The notes under the pieces: model-generated
The model's database searches: none
Seen by the model: the letters and a program-made list of their open reading frames with translations, nothing else
What the model was told of the DNA's origin: nothing
In this document: piece after piece, positions 12,431 to 24,700 of the stretch
Position numbering within the stretch: position 1 is the first letter of the stretch
How the letters are laid out: the number at the start of each line of letters is the position of its first letter
Made by a program: the position numbers and the translations under genes
From: Octopus sinensis
Lineage: Eukaryota
Assembly: GCF_006345805.1 (NCBI RefSeq)
Contig: NC_043015.1
Coordinates: 28,520,001-28,584,000 of the forward strand
Reading direction: 5' to 3'
Length of the DNA stretch: 64,000 nt

Positions 12431-12716
12431 TAGGCGCAGGGGTGGCTGTGTGGTAAGTAGCTTGTTTACCAACCACATGGTTCCAGGTTCAGTCCCACTG
12501 TGTGGCACCTTGGGCAAGTGTCTTCTACTATAGCCTCGGGCGACCAAAGCCTTGTGAGTGGATGGGTAGATGGAAACTGAAAGAAGCCCGTCATATATTA
12601 TATTATATATATTATATATATGCTTGTGTGTGTTTGGGTGTCTAGTTTGTCCCCCCCTAGCATTGCTTGACAACCGATGCTGGTGTGTTTGTCCCCCGTC
12701 ACTTAGGCGTGTCGGC
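12431..12716 (+). mobile_element. SINE truncated by the assembly gap
   Basis: aggcgcaggggtggctgtgtgg head. Confidence 0.8.
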
Positions 12717-12816
12717 NNNNNNNNNNNNNNNNNNNNNNNNNNNNNNNNNNNNNNNNNNNNNNNNNNNNNNNNNNNNNNNNNNNNNNNNNNNNNNNNNNNN
12801 NNNNNNNNNNNNNNNN
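12717..12816. other. assembly gap (100 N)
   Basis: direct reading. Confidence 1.
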
Positions 12817-13359
12817 CTCAATGGTCAATATTTAGTTTGTAGAATGACCGTGTGAAGGAGAGGTGACGAGAATGGCTCCTTTAGTACGCCGCACGGTCAA
12901 TTACAATAAATAGGAAAAAGGATGAATGAGTATGAATGCCAGCAGGAAAAGAGAGACACAACCAGTCGAATGTTGAAGAGAAAGATTTTATTGATAGGTT
13001 AACATGTGTGTCTGTGTGTGTGTCATGTATATATAATAATAGACAGGCCGTCATGTATACATAATGTGTGTGCAGAAACGTGGATGTATGCGTGTGCGAT
13101 AAGTACAGAGCATTGAAAGAGTCTATAATAGGACGTTAGAAGAATGCAATGCAGAGCCAGTTGAGGCACGTGTCATGCGTGAAGCTGTGGCTACTATGCA
13201 GAGCCGGTTACTTGGTACAGAAGGTTCTCGCAGGTTGTATCTGCTGTTAACCATGGTGAAATAATTCATGAACAGTGTTGAGTAGAGGCCATTGATTGGT
13301 TAAAATCTGAAAAATTAAACTACGTTAAACTTACAAATTACAATTTTCTCAAGAGAGCC

Positions 13360-14399
13360 AGAAATTGTGTTGAAAACTGCCGTTCAAAAGGAATAGATCC
13401 TCCTTTTCTAATTGAAACCATTTTTCTGCAAGGCCTTCCACATGACCATATCACGCCATCCGACAAATTTTTTTTGGCTACATCCTTCAAGGAACATTTC
13501 TAGAGAATAGTAAGTTAAAGTGCGACCAGATTATTGATATTTTATATTATTGGGCAAAAGAAGATTTAGCAAAGGGAATAGCCCAGGAATGCCGTATAGA
13601 TTGGAGAAATTTTTGCTGTGATATATGTGCAGAATATTATGTTGCACAAAACATTAAGCTCGGAGGGCCAAACTGAATTGTAGAGATAGATGAAAGAGCG
13701 TTTGTTAGAAGAAAATATAATGTTGGCCATCAGGTTAAAACGCAGTGGGTTTTTGGTGCTTTGGAAAGGGATACTAGAAGATGGTATTGGTGGCAGTGGA
13801 AGATCGGACTGCGGACACTCTTTTAGAAATTGTACAAGAGCGTATATAGCCTGGTACAACTGTAATTTCTAACCTCTGGCGTTCATATAATACGCTCAAT
13901 CAGCTAGGATATAGGCATTTGACTGTGAATCATCATCATCATCATCATCATCGTTTAACGTCCGTTCTCCATGCTAGCATGGGTTGGACAGTTCGACCGG
14001 GGTTCTGGGAAGCCAGAAGGCTGCACCAGGCTCCAGTCTAATCTGGCAATGTTTCTACAGCTGGATGCCCTTCCTAACGCCAACCACTCCGTGAGTGTAG
14101 TGGGTGCTTTTTACGTGCCACCTGCACAGGTGCCAGGCGAGGCTGGCAACGGCCACGGTCAGATTGGCGTATTTTATGTGCCACCGGCAATAAATTTTGT
14201 TGATCCGGTAACATTTGCCACAACCAACCACATAGAATGTTTATGGAAGCATGTAAAGAATCGTAACAAAAGAGAAAATGGAACAGCCCGAAATTTACTT
14301 CAATCCCATCTCATTGAATTCATGTGGCATTATGAATTTAAGGACGAAATCTTTGGAAAGTTATTGGAACAAATTCAACATCTATACCCATGCATTTGA
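13360..14399 (+). pseudogene. Merlin/IS1595-like DDE transposase pseudogene with SINE insertion
   Basis: VEIDE, QWVFG and VNH..FVDP..TNHIECLWKHVK motifs; stops and a frameshift; SINE at ~13930-14188. Confidence 0.85.
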
Positions 14400-15042
14400 A
14401 ACGTTACAGAATAGAAGTATCTACAAGCATTTGTTTTATATTTCGTTAAATTCTCTCAGTTGAAAATTATATTTTTATATTCTAAATAATTTGCAATTTC
14501 AGAAAATATATTAACTTTGCGTTTTTTAATTTGATAAATTCTACGGAAACAAACAAGTGACGTCAGATTGAAGTCACACTTTCTTTTACTTTCCTCCTGA
14601 CAGCTAATTCCGTAGTGGTGCCTGTAACAGGATGTAGCGCAACTACGTGCTCTTTTGTTTTCTTACACACACGCCGCCTCAATTCAGGTGGGGTAAACAT
14701 TTAAATTAACATTTTTTTGTTGATGCTCGTATCCCACCAATGGAGCACGCATGTGGCCCATTGGTTTCATCATTAAAGGGGATGAGGAGTAAAAAAAAAA
14801 AAATCATAAATTTCCCAAACCATTTTTTCATAACAAGATGTTTCCCATCATTTCGAAGGTTGTGGTGAAAAACAATCGGGAAAACCCAGTCAAAAGGGAG
14901 AAATTCCAACTTATGTGGTCTTCTTGATCGGAAACTCCTCTCCCTGCTCCTTAAAAATTTTTCCCCACAAATTTCTTTATAATCTTAATCTATGCTGTTT
15001 GAAAGGTATTTATATAAAATTTCATTAAAAGATATCCTTTTC

Positions 15043-15361
15043 GGAATGTTTCGTTTGTAGTAGCACGCTTGTAGCACTTTCCGTCGATTTCTGTAAAAAA
15101 CTTTTATTTTTTTACATATGGCTTTGCGGGAATTTGAAGTAATGAGAGCGAAAGAGACTAAGAGGAAGCGATTTTATGACGAGGAAATTTCTTTTGATCT
15201 ATGAAAGCTTGATGTACGTGTGTGTGTGTGTGTTTGGGGTGTGGGAGACAGATAGTATTTGTGTAAGTGAAGTGCTTCTGTTAGTGTGTGTGAAGAGACA
15301 GAGAGAGTAATGTGTGAAAGAGAGAGATAACTGAAATTTTTTGCTACAAACGAACATTGCC
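15043..15361. mobile_element. internally deleted MITE (GGCAATGTTTCG TIR family)
   Basis: gg(c)aatgtttcgtttgtag ... ctacaaacgaacattgcc. Confidence 0.75.
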
Positions 15362-15529
15362 CGTCTTAACGCTTTCCCGTCTATGTTGGAACTGTCCTGC
15401 TTGACAAACTCCTGCTGCGCATGCATTCTGCAGTCTTCCGCCCACTTCATCTATCACCAGTGCACCACTTAGCTCATCACATCCTATAACACCGACTGCC
15501 AACACCACAAAACTAGGTAGTAACCGATT

Positions 15530-15750
15530 CGCTGGCAGAAAAGTTAGCACGACGGGCGAAATGCTTAGCGGTATTTCGTCAGCGATACGTTCTGGTTCAA
15601 ATTCCGCCAAGGTCGACTTTGCCTTTTATCCTTTCGGGGTCGATAAATTAAGTACCAGTTACGCACTGGTGTCGATGTAATGGACTGAATACCTATGTCT
15701 GTCCTTGTTTGTCCCCTCTGTGTTTAGCCCCTTGTGGGTAATAAAGAAAT
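15530..15750 (+). mobile_element. SINE (also at ~29450, ~36900, ~56640)
   Basis: gctggcagaa...gttcaaattccgcc...ctttcggggtcgataaattaagtacc. Confidence 0.75.
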
Positions 15751-16391
15751 AGCTATCCCAGACACTCCTATTAGATTGATACAGAAATTAACCGTTTTCT
15801 TATTTTCAAGGTAGGATATGATTTTAGGAAGATTTGGCTGGTCTATTGACCACGTAGGGTTTTCTCTTTGACTCATATCTAGATTTTGATGTCAGCCAAG
15901 TTTTTTAAAGAATGAAAGTTTTCGAAAATGAACACGCTAATAATAAATAATTTCCATTATTTTATTTCATACAAAAACATTCGGTTAATGTGAATAACTT
16001 GTCTTATTTTATCTAAAAAGACGAAGTGAAAAAAAAAAAGAATTTAATCTGCTACATGGTGAAGTTTTGCCGTGATTTGACTTTCAAATAATGCATGACA
16101 AAACTATGGAATGTCGTCGATAATGAAGAGACTTTGCGAGGAAAGTTCGAGCGACGTGGCAATGAATGTGAAGTAATTAGTATGTCGAGTTTCGTTCCTT
16201 GCTGATAGAGTTAAAATGGGAGAAACATTTTTGTTTTAAAATTTCTATAGCGCAAAATAGAAGTTAACTGCAGCATAAAGTAGAAAAGAAGTTCTGCCGA
16301 CGACCACGTAGACTGCAGTTGACTCCAGAATGTGTACGGTAGACTAATTAACGATCTCGGCGTATAATGTGTGATGAACCAGAAATAATAA

Positions 16392-16795
16392 TCTCTCTAT
16401 ATGTAAAACTGAGAACGTGTGTCTGTCTGTGTTTCCCTAAAAGTTGAGAACTACATAACCAATTTCATTCAAATTTTACACATGCCTTACTTAGAGTCCA
16501 TGTTTTTTAATGGGCAAAAAAACATTCAACTTCTTGCCTTGGGCGAGCCCATAGCAATATCATATCTTCTCCACTATGATTCGCTAAAACTTGAGAACTA
16601 CATAACCAATTTCATTCAAATTTTACACATGCCTTACTTAGGGTCCATGTAGTTTCAAGGGGGAAAAAAATGTTCAACTTCTTGCCTAGAGCGAGCCCAT
16701 AGCAATATCATATCTTCTCCACTATTTCTGTATTACGTGTTAAAAGTGAAACAAAAACATTTCTCTATTTTATGTCAGATACTTTCACTTTTTCT
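16392..16795 (+). mobile_element. 5' part of a non-autonomous Helitron (truncated; also at 57507-57905)
   Basis: matches the first part of the complete element at 37773-39648; ~147 bp internal tandem repeats. Confidence 0.65.
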
Positions 16796-16817
16796 TACCT
16801 TTTGTAAGATAGAAAAT

Positions 16818-17190
16818 GGAAGAAGAAGAACAAGAAGAAGAAGAAGAAGAAGAAGAAGAAGAAGAAGAAGAAGGAGAAGAAGAAGGAGAAGAAGAAGAAG
16901 GAGAAGAAGAAGAAGGAGAAGAAGAAGAAGAAGAAGGGGAAGAAGAAGGAGAAGAAGAAGAAGAAGAAGGAGAAGAAGAAGAAGAAGAAGAAGGGGAAGA
17001 AGAAGAAGGAGAAGAAGAAGAAGGAGAAGAAGAAGAAGAAGAAGGAGAAGAAGAAGAAGGAGAAGAAGAAGAAGAAGAAGGAGAAGAAGAAGAAGGAGAA
17101 GAAGATGAAGAAGAAGAAGATGGAGAAGGAGAAAAAGAAGAAGATGGAGAAGAAGAAGAAGAAGGAGAATAAGAAGAAAGAAAGAAGAAG

Positions 17191-17221
<31 letters not shown>

Positions 17222-17260
17222 TGATGATGACGATGACAACGACAATGATGATGATGGTGA
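16818..17260. repeat. (GAA/GGA)n tract followed by (GAT)n
   Basis: direct reading; differently expanded paralogue at 57930-58225. Confidence 0.95.
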
Positions 17261-17476
17261 TGGGTGTAGTGATGACTAGAACCACATTCATTATCTTTGA
17301 ATGATGGATCATTAGGGCCATTTGAGCATCAATGTTATTGACTCTAACCAGTTTCTCTGGAAATTGCTGGTATGCCATTATAGACAATAGAATCAGAAGG
17401 AGCCTTCACTGTTCCATCACAACTGCTGGAGCTAGAGTAGGTTTTGACTGGTGATGGTAGGTGCCCCAACAGAATA

Positions 17477-17999
17477 CTGTAAATCCTCGAGTATAGTCTG
17501 CCCTTGAGTATAATACGCAGGGGATTTTTAGGAGGCTCTACCTCTGAAAAACCTAAACCTTGTGTATAATACGCACTCCTTCTCTAACTTGAGTCGTGCA
17601 TAATTAAACCAGCAGCACCTAGTCGAACAGACACTTCTGCACATGCGTAATACAATAATGGTGATGTTCTTAACTGTTATATGGGAATGTTAATATGTTT
17701 GCAAATTGTTTTTATTACATGTTATTCTGTGTTCTAAATACTTTTATTTCGATAAATGTTGCTTACTGCAAGTTATGGATGATTCTTTTATGACTTCATT
17801 GCTTTCAGGCTTAGCTTAAGGTATTTTCGTGCCTGACATCACAAAATGTGTCTGAATAAACATTGCCGGACAGCAAATAGAGACTCGGACATTGCTTAGA
17901 AAATATTTTTCATTTTTAATCTCGTATAAAGTATGCACTAGTGATCTTGACCATTAAATTTTTGGGTAAAAAGTGCGGATTATACTTGAGGATTTACGG
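17477..17999. mobile_element. non-autonomous Tc1/mariner/pogo-type element (also at 58439-58944)
   Basis: TA+CTGTAAATCCTCGAGTATA ... TATACTTGAGGATTTACGG+TA. Confidence 0.8.
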
Positions 18000-18009
18000 T
18001 ATGGTATAT

Positions 18010-18330
18010 TGGTTTCCATAGGGGAAAAGCAAATCCCTAATTTGGGACATGATGTGCTACATTCTCTAGCTGCATCTGGCCCATAACGCAGAAGAGAGGA
18101 AGTTTAACAAATGCATGAGCCTGACTGGCTGCTGTCTGTTTGTGCAGATTGCCATCAAGACCTTCGGTGTTCTTGGGCCCCTCACTGCTAATTCCTTCCA
18201 CTAAATTAGGAAAGCAGTGGCCCGTCTGAAAAATGAACCCAGCAAAGTGGTATGGCTGTTGTAGCGAGCATTGTTGGCCATTCTCTGTGACAATGCTTTT
18301 GCAGTTATGTCAGTGGAGTGCAGCTGAACA
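18010..18330 (+). mobile_element. decayed RLE-type non-LTR retrotransposon 3' fragment (also at ~58960-59290)
   Basis: broken frames give KSLIWD, IAIKTFGVLGP and LAILCDNA, resembling restriction-like-endonuclease C-termini. Confidence 0.4.
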
Positions 18331-18425
18331 TGCCATTTGGTCTGGGGTGTAAAACCTCTTACTCCTTCTCACCCCATCTTTTGCTGTTTAATTCCCCCTT
18401 TTTTCTTTGTTTCCTCAGTGAGGTT

Positions 18426-18657
18426 ACTCTCTCTTTACTCTTTTACTCTTTTACTTGTTTCAGTCATTTGACTGCAGCCATGCTGGAGCACCACCTTTAA
18501 TCGAGCAACTCGACCCCGGGACTTATTCTTTTTGTAAGCCCAGTACTTATTCTATCGGTCTATTTTGCCGAACCGCTAAGTAACGGGGACCTAAACACAC
18601 CAGCATCGGTCGTCAAGCAATGCTAGGGGGACAAACACAGACACACAAACACACACA

Positions 18658-18697
<40 letters not shown>

Positions 18698-18863
18698 TAC
18701 GACAGGCTTCTTTCAGTTTCCGTCTACCAAATCCACTCACAAGGCTTTGGTTGGCCCGGGGCTATAGTAGAAGACACTTGTCCAAGGGGCCACGCAGTAG
18801 GACTGAGCCCGGAACCATGTGGTTGGTAAGCAAGCTACTTACCACACAGCCACTCCTGCGCCT
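18426..18863 (-). mobile_element. SINE (also at 59391-59835)
   Basis: same family as 3197-3592. Confidence 0.85.
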
Positions 18864-19184
18864 GTTTTGGTTTTTCTTTTCTTTTGCTCATTTTAATCTT
18901 TTATATTGTTAATGTTTTTTTCTCTCTTTTCTTTCAATTCGAATTAAAAAAACAAATTTGAATGAGTTGATGAACAAATATAAGGGAGGCAACTCTTAGC
19001 ATGCTAATATCCTTTGCGTCAGAAAAAAATTTAGTTGTTATTTTTAAGAGTCAATTTAGCCATGGTCAAGCAGACTTATGATTAAAGAGGTTCCAACAGC
19101 AATCAACCTTTCTTTTATTTTTTTTAATGTTGTGTAAAGACCACGAGCAAATTATTGAATGGTTAAAAAGGTACAATCTTCTTT

Positions 19185-19530
19185 TCAAAGACATACATCA
19201 TCTCGAAAGTGTCCAGAAGCTGGCTACCCACATGGTTCTTGGTCTCAAGCATTTGTCTTATGACGAAAGGCTGAAGACGCTCGACCTTTATTCTCTAGAA
19301 AAACGCCGCCGCCGTGGTGATCTCATTCTCGCTCACAACATCATAAGCAGAAAGTGTAACCTCTCGAAAGAGCTGTTCTACACTCCTGCACCAGAGTGTC
19401 GGCTGCGGGGTCACTCCGAAAAGCTCTATCTGCGACGAATTCATCTCAATCGAAGGAGAGGGGCTTTCCTGTCCTGGTTGCGGATCCGTGGAATAAGCTG
19501 CCGGACGAGATAGTGAAGATTCTGACGACC
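19185..19530 (+). mobile_element. CR1-clade LINE ORF2 C-terminal fragment (also at ~60160-60505)
   Basis: LESVQKLAT...LSYDERLKTLDLYSLEKRRRRGDLI...LRGH..KL...WNKLP. Confidence 0.85.
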
Positions 19531-20017
19531 ACATATATACGGCAGGCTCCATTCAGTTTCCGTCTACCAAATCCACTCACAAGGCATTGGTCGGCCCGAG
19601 GCTATAGCAGAAGACACTTACCCAAGATGCCACGCCGTGGGACTGAACCCGGAACCATGTGGTTGGTTAGCAAGCTACTTACCACACAGCCACTCCTGCA
19701 CCTATACAGACACGTGTGTGTGTGTGTGTATATACACACGTGTTACACACATGTGTGTAACTTATAAGATTGACTGATTACAGTAATTTATGGCTGCTTT
19801 ATATTGTTTTAACTTACAAGGCATCCATTAACCATTTCTATATTATTTTTTATGTAGAAATAAAAGCCATTCTTCCTTCTCTTCAAAAATATCTATGCCA
19901 TTTAAACTTTCCTGTCAGCAAAGAGCATTTTGGTGCTAAGTTGAAAATACATTCTCAGACCATGTTTTCTATGAATTTATTTTAGTTGTTAAGATGTATA
20001 TTATGTCACTTTATCTA

Positions 20018-20540
20018 TGAGGTCTGATCAAAAAATATCAGAACTTGTGCTATAAAAAGAAAACTATAACACAAATCAATTCAGCATTTAATCGCCTTCA
20101 AAGTAATCCTGTTCTAAAGACACACACTTTATCCAGTGCCGTTTCCATTAATGGAAGTATTCTTGGAACTTTTTTTGGGGGGGGGGACAGTGAGCAGTTG
20201 CCGCATTGCATTCTCTTAGATTTCCATGATGTCTTGAAATCTTGTTCAAGTGGAATTTGATTTTTGACTTGCTTTTGGAGTCACAGCCAAAAGACCCATG
20301 ATATATCACCTCTTATAACTGTTTTCAAAAGTTTTCGTCTTCCTCAACACAATCAAGGAGATCCTGCACATTTGAAACTTGACCCTTTTTTTTGAGATGA
20401 CCACACTCTACACACTTTACTTCCAAGCATTGTTATAAACAACAGAAGTGTGCATGCGGGACAGGGTTCAAGGTGAATTTTCCAAGTGGCTTCATTGTAG
20501 ATAACTCAGCAACAGCCCAATCCTTTTTAATCAGACCTTG
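20018..20540. mobile_element. internally deleted mariner-like element (also at ~60992-61518)
   Basis: TA+TGAGGTCTGATCAAAAA ... TTTTTAATCAGACCTTG+TA. Confidence 0.75.
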
Positions 20541-20694
20541 TATTATAATAATTCTATTCACATTCACAATGCATTCATTATAAGAATGAATATCCCTATA
20601 ATCACACCAGTATTTGACTGCTAATCTATTTCATTGATTTTGTAAAGGTAAAAGATATTATTGAACCAATTGTGTATCATACTTAATGTCTGAG

Positions 20695-21400
20695 ACCCCC
20701 TTCAGTCACGACACAGACCATGAGATTGCACCAAGAAAGTTACTCTCCCAGGCACAAGTCCGGGAAAGTTTGCTTATGGAAGACCAGCAGTCACCCATGC
20801 ATACCAGCCTCCCCTCTCCACACCACTGATGTTATCCAAGGGAAAGGCAAAGGGGCCAATACAGCTTGGCACCTGTGACATCGCAACTCATTTCTCCAGC
20901 TGAGTGAACTGGAGCAACATGAAATAAAGTGTCTTGCTCAAGAACACAACACGCAGCCCGGTCCGGGATTTGAGCTCACAACATCACGATCGTAAGCTCT
21001 ACGCTCTAACCAATGAGCCATGCACCTTCACATACTTAATGTAAATACATCACAAAAGGTTGATTTACTGCTGTGTATATCTCAAATTATTTTATCTCAT
21101 AAGAACATGCTGCATTAAAAAATACAATATATATATCGAAGGCAGACGAAAATTGTTCTAGTTGCAAAGTGGTAAGTATGCTAGATGCATTTCTGCCTCA
21201 TTTAAGAAGGTGCATGGCTCAGTGGTTAGGGCGTCGAGCTTTCAATCGTGAGGTTGTGAGTTCGAATCCCGGATCGGGCTGTGTGTTGTGTTCTTGAGCA
21301 AGACACTTTATTTCACGTTGCTCCAGTTCACTCAGCTGTAGAAATGAGTTGCGATGTCACAGGTGCCAAGCTGTATTGGCCCCTTTACCTTTCCCTTGGC
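20695..21400. mobile_element. two head-to-head SINEs of one family (also at ~61670-62380)
   Basis: 20695-21030 (-) and 21207-21400 (+) share the aggtgcatggctca.tggttag head in opposite orientation. Confidence 0.8.
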
Positions 21401-21422
21401 TATGAGTATGTGCCATTGACAA

Positions 21423-21782
21423 TGTAGCAGCACAAGCAGTCAGCGCCATATTGGATGAGATCTCGCGGCAGCCATTGGCATCTCCGAGACGGGAGCGAGA
21501 CCTCACCTGCATCCATTTGCCATGCGTAAGATCACAACGAGGCTCGTGATAGAAAACTATATAAAGGGAAAACCCTCTTCAAATCTCTCTTCTTTGGCGC
21601 CGCTACACACCAGCGCTTGCTGAACACACCACTGGCTGGAGGCAATTTGCACCCGCATTATCGGAGCTTAAGATGGCAGCTGAGAGCAGCACCCTTCATT
21701 ACCTTTCCTGTAAATAAACCAGTTGTAAATAGCATTTATAATTGAAGTCTTTTCTCTTCACCTGCTGGAAGCCTGAACTACA
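21423..21782 (+). mobile_element. probable solo LTR (also at 62401-62760)
   Basis: TGTAG...CTACA termini, TATATAAA at ~21558, AATAAA at ~21713; absent from the paralogous flank at ~51280; no clean flanking TSD. Confidence 0.55.
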
Positions 21783-22054
21783 TAAAGAACAAAAAGATGA
21801 TGGAAGGAGATGATATTCCTCCAATATCATAAACCTTGCCTTCCATTATTAAAACAATGTCTAACAGGACATGAACACATTTAGCATTCTCACCAACCAC
21901 TGCTAGGACAATCTTCATATGCCTGATATAAATTGTGTTTTTAAACAAGCATGTCCATATGAGATATTATTTCTGCATGAATACTACAGAAAGTTTGCCT
22001 TTTCTGATGTATTTACTTTACATATAATATCCAGATGGATATGTATATATATTT

Positions 22055-22676
22055 AAGTATGCTGTGCATGAGAAGACCTGGCAGGACAAGTGGGACCATA
22101 AGCTGTGACCTCTACATGGGATGTAGCCAGTCCACTTATGCATATCTTTCCTTCTAGGGACACAAAACTCTGCTTGCGAAGACCTATTGAGGCAAGTGAA
22201 AATCAAAATCGAAATCGATGAACATCAATGGAAATTGCAGCTGTGATACCAGTGCCGGTGGTATGTAAGAGAACCATCTGAACGTGGCCGTTGGCAGCGC
22301 CGCCCCGACTGCCCTCGTAAAAAGCACCCACTACTCACAGAGTGGTTGGCATTAGGAAGGGCTTCTTATCTATACAGCAACACCTGTACCCTAGAAAATT
22401 TGACTGCTCCTGGGTGGGCTTGTACCATTTATTTTTTAGTCTGTTGCCAGCCCCGCCTGGCCCTCGTGCTGGTGGCCGTTTGCCAGTCCTGTCTGACACC
22501 TGTGCCGGTGGCACGTAAAAAGTACCCACTACACTCACGGAGTGGTTGGCGTTAGGAAGGGCATCCAGCCGTAGAAATACTGCCAGACCAGACTGGGCCT
22601 GGTGCAGCCTTCTGGCTTCCCAGACCCCAGTTTGAACCGTCCAACCCATGCTAGCACGGAAAGCGGACGCTAAACA

Positions 22677-22708
<32 letters not shown>
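22055..22708 (+). mobile_element. SINE/LINE-tail element ending in (ATG)n (also at ~29680-30358, ~39820-40220, ~63035-63688)
   Basis: repeated gtggcacgtaaaaagcaccc modules, ggcgttaggaagggcatcc, (tga)n tail. Confidence 0.7.
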
Positions 22709-22710
<2 letters not shown>

Positions 22711-23130
22711 GTTTGCATCTTGCTTAATATTTTCAAATATTTTTTAAAAATGAAAATGTTGGTTTGTAAATATTAAATGAAGCCCCATCACTGGAATTTC
22801 AGTAACAGCAACAAAAATAGAAAAGTATATGGGAATTTCTTCACTGATTCTTGTTCTACTTATAGATAGAACATTCTAGAATAGACGGTATATATTCTCT
22901 TTGCTACCTTGAGAATATATATGTATATGGTACATTGGCTGTTAACTTTCCAAAAGTTTTGTAATGCCGCAATTATTGAAACAATGTAATTAGTTTATCA
23001 AGATCCAAGACATAATTACAAAGGGTGAACACGGGCGCTCAAAAATTTCGAATGTCTAAATTTAAAACAAAGAATATAAAAGCCAGATGCAATCAACACA
23101 TACATAATAATGGAATATTTACTGAGATAC

Positions 23131-23136
23131 TTTATT
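23131..23136 (-). terminator. candidate polyadenylation signal AATAAA of serpin copy 1
   Basis: ~350 nt after the stop; conserved in the flanks of the other copies (~30780, ~41200, ~44306, ~51580). Confidence 0.5.
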
Positions 23137-23487
23137 AATATGAAACATACAAATATTGATTTCACTTTATTCAACCAGAAAATAACGTTTACAGGCAACA
23201 GTAGATATATTGTTAAAATAGTAAACTTGCTAAGAAAGGATACTTTAAAAAGTGTCAAATTTTTCTGTCAATGTATGGCATATACAAATTCATAATATTG
23301 ATTTAGATTAATGTGGTATTATAATATATCATTGAATAGATATGACCTTGGTTCTACACGATTACAACTGTAATGACCTCAGTCATTTTACTAAAAACAA
23401 TTCTAAATAAATTTGCTCAGTTACATTCTCCACATAATACAATGTAGTATTCCATAAGAGGGAAATCTTTGACAGGGCAATATCAGC

Positions 23488-24651
23488 TTATGTTGAAGGA
23501 TTTGTTACTTTACCAATGAAATGGATCATTTTAGTTCGGTTGTCAACAATTAAAAATGTGAATGGATGATTGACATCAAAATCTATACGATTTATAAAAA
23601 TTTGTGCTGACGCGAAGGTCATGACTATTCCAGTTGCAGCTGCAGCTTCCGTTCCTTCTTCATTAACATCAACAAATGCTTTATGAAACATTTCACTGGC
23701 ATAAATATTCTTCTCAGCACCAGTCATTCCAGATAAATCAGCTTTTAGAGGATCAAAAATATCAGAGAGTCCAAGCTTTTTCAAAACATCACCCAACTGA
23801 AAACTACTCTCTAAACAAAATTTTGGCATATGTAATTTTAGACACATCATTTGAAATCCTTTTCTGTCAACAATGTCTTTGAGAAATTGAGCATTAATCT
23901 CCTTCTCTAAAGCAGCAAGACCATTGATTTCATTGGGAAGAATTACAAACATACTAAATGCTTTCCCTATATAAGGTAACTCAACCACTTTATAGTTGTC
24001 ACTTATTTTTGTATTAAAACCTTCAGATAGATACATAAAATCATGAGATACAGTCTTGTCAGAGCTTAAATAAAACTTTCTAGATGATGTTGCTTTTTTT
24101 CCGAATGTTTCAGCCCACGTTCCTTTGAAGTATACAGCATTAATAAGAACTAGAACCGATTGAGGTGTCAAACTTCCACTTGGTAACAGATCAGTAATTT
24201 TGTTATTTGTGTTATTCTTAACCCAATCATTAATAGTTATTCTTGTCTTCTCAGCATTTGTTATAAAGTCTACATTTTCAATATCTGAAAAGAAATATTT
24301 TACCATGTTGTTCTTGTAGTCTTCTGAAATAGGGAATTTTTCATTGGCACACAAACGATTCACTAAATTGGATGTGACGAGTTTATCTGAGTTTTTCAAA
24401 AGTGAAAAATATTCTTTAAAAGCTAAAGCTACAGAATCTGGATTTGATGTTATCTTCAAAACATTTTCAAACTGTTTGGAAGAGTTTTGTCTTGCTCCCA
24501 AATAAACCATTGATAAAACAGTAGCAACACTGAATGGTGACATGAAGACATTTTCATTGATTCCTGTAGCCACAGCTTGATAAAGACTGTTTGTAAAATA
24601 ATCAATTGAAGCGGCAAGGTTACTGATGTCTTGTTTCTTTGCTGAGTCCAT
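23488..24651 (-). CDS. serpin copy 1, 387 aa, intact, SERPINB/leukocyte elastase inhibitor-like; RCL TGIVMTFA|SAQ
   Basis: NVFMSPFS, INDWV, NAVYFKGTW, hinge EEGTEAAAAT, FDVNHPF..LI; no signal peptide; single coding exon. Confidence 0.97.
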   Translation of the reverse strand: MDSAKKQDISNLAASIDYFTNSLYQAVATGINENVFMSPFSVATVLSMVYLGARQNSSKQFENVLKITSNPDSVALAFKEYFSLLKNSDKLVTSNLVNRLCANEKFPISEDYKNNMVKYFFSDIENVDFITNAEKTRITINDWVKNNTNNKITDLLPSGSLTPQSVLVLINAVYFKGTWAETFGKKATSSRKFYLSSDKTVSHDFMYLSEGFNTKISDNYKVVELPYIGKAFSMFVILPNEINGLAALEKEINAQFLKDIVDRKGFQMMCLKLHMPKFCLESSFQLGDVLKKLGLSDIFDPLKADLSGMTGAEKNIYASEMFHKAFVDVNEEGTEAAAATGIVMTFASAQIFINRIDFDVNHPFTFLIVDNRTKMIHFIGKVTNPST

Positions 24652-24668
24652 ATTGTATACGATAGTAT

Positions 24669-24700
24669 CTGGAGAATATAGAATATGAAGAGAAAATATA
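24669..24700 (-). promoter_or_regulatory. 3' splice acceptor 17 nt upstream of the serpin ATG
   Basis: ttttctcttcatattctatattctccag|atactatcgtatacaatATG; conserved in copies 2, 3, 4 and 7. Confidence 0.7.

Larger units (their letters stand above)
12817..23020. repeat. segmental duplication, copy A (paralogue of 54187-64000)
   Basis: both begin ctcaatggtcaatatttag and end agatccaagacataattaca; same element order; offset ~41 kb. Confidence 0.9.

Noticed and set aside
13971-14399. Recurrent 142-aa ORF MLAWVG... (three copies)
   Set aside because: Chance read-through from an antisense SINE into the Merlin C-terminus
16737-17387. Poly-E/R/S/L ORFs (also 57903-58283)
   Set aside because: (GAA/GGA)n tract open in several frames, with length and frame not conserved between the paralogous copies
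21207-21280. tRNA-like sequence (also ~1886, ~41600, ~62187)
   Set aside because: A/B boxes continue into SINE bodies and no proper acceptor stem is present; these are SINE heads
23016-23295. Repeated short ORFs MTLFKV.../MEYLLR... and the overlapping MFARIY... ORFs
   Set aside because: Serpin 3' flank or alternative-frame by-products of recent duplication, with no coding signature
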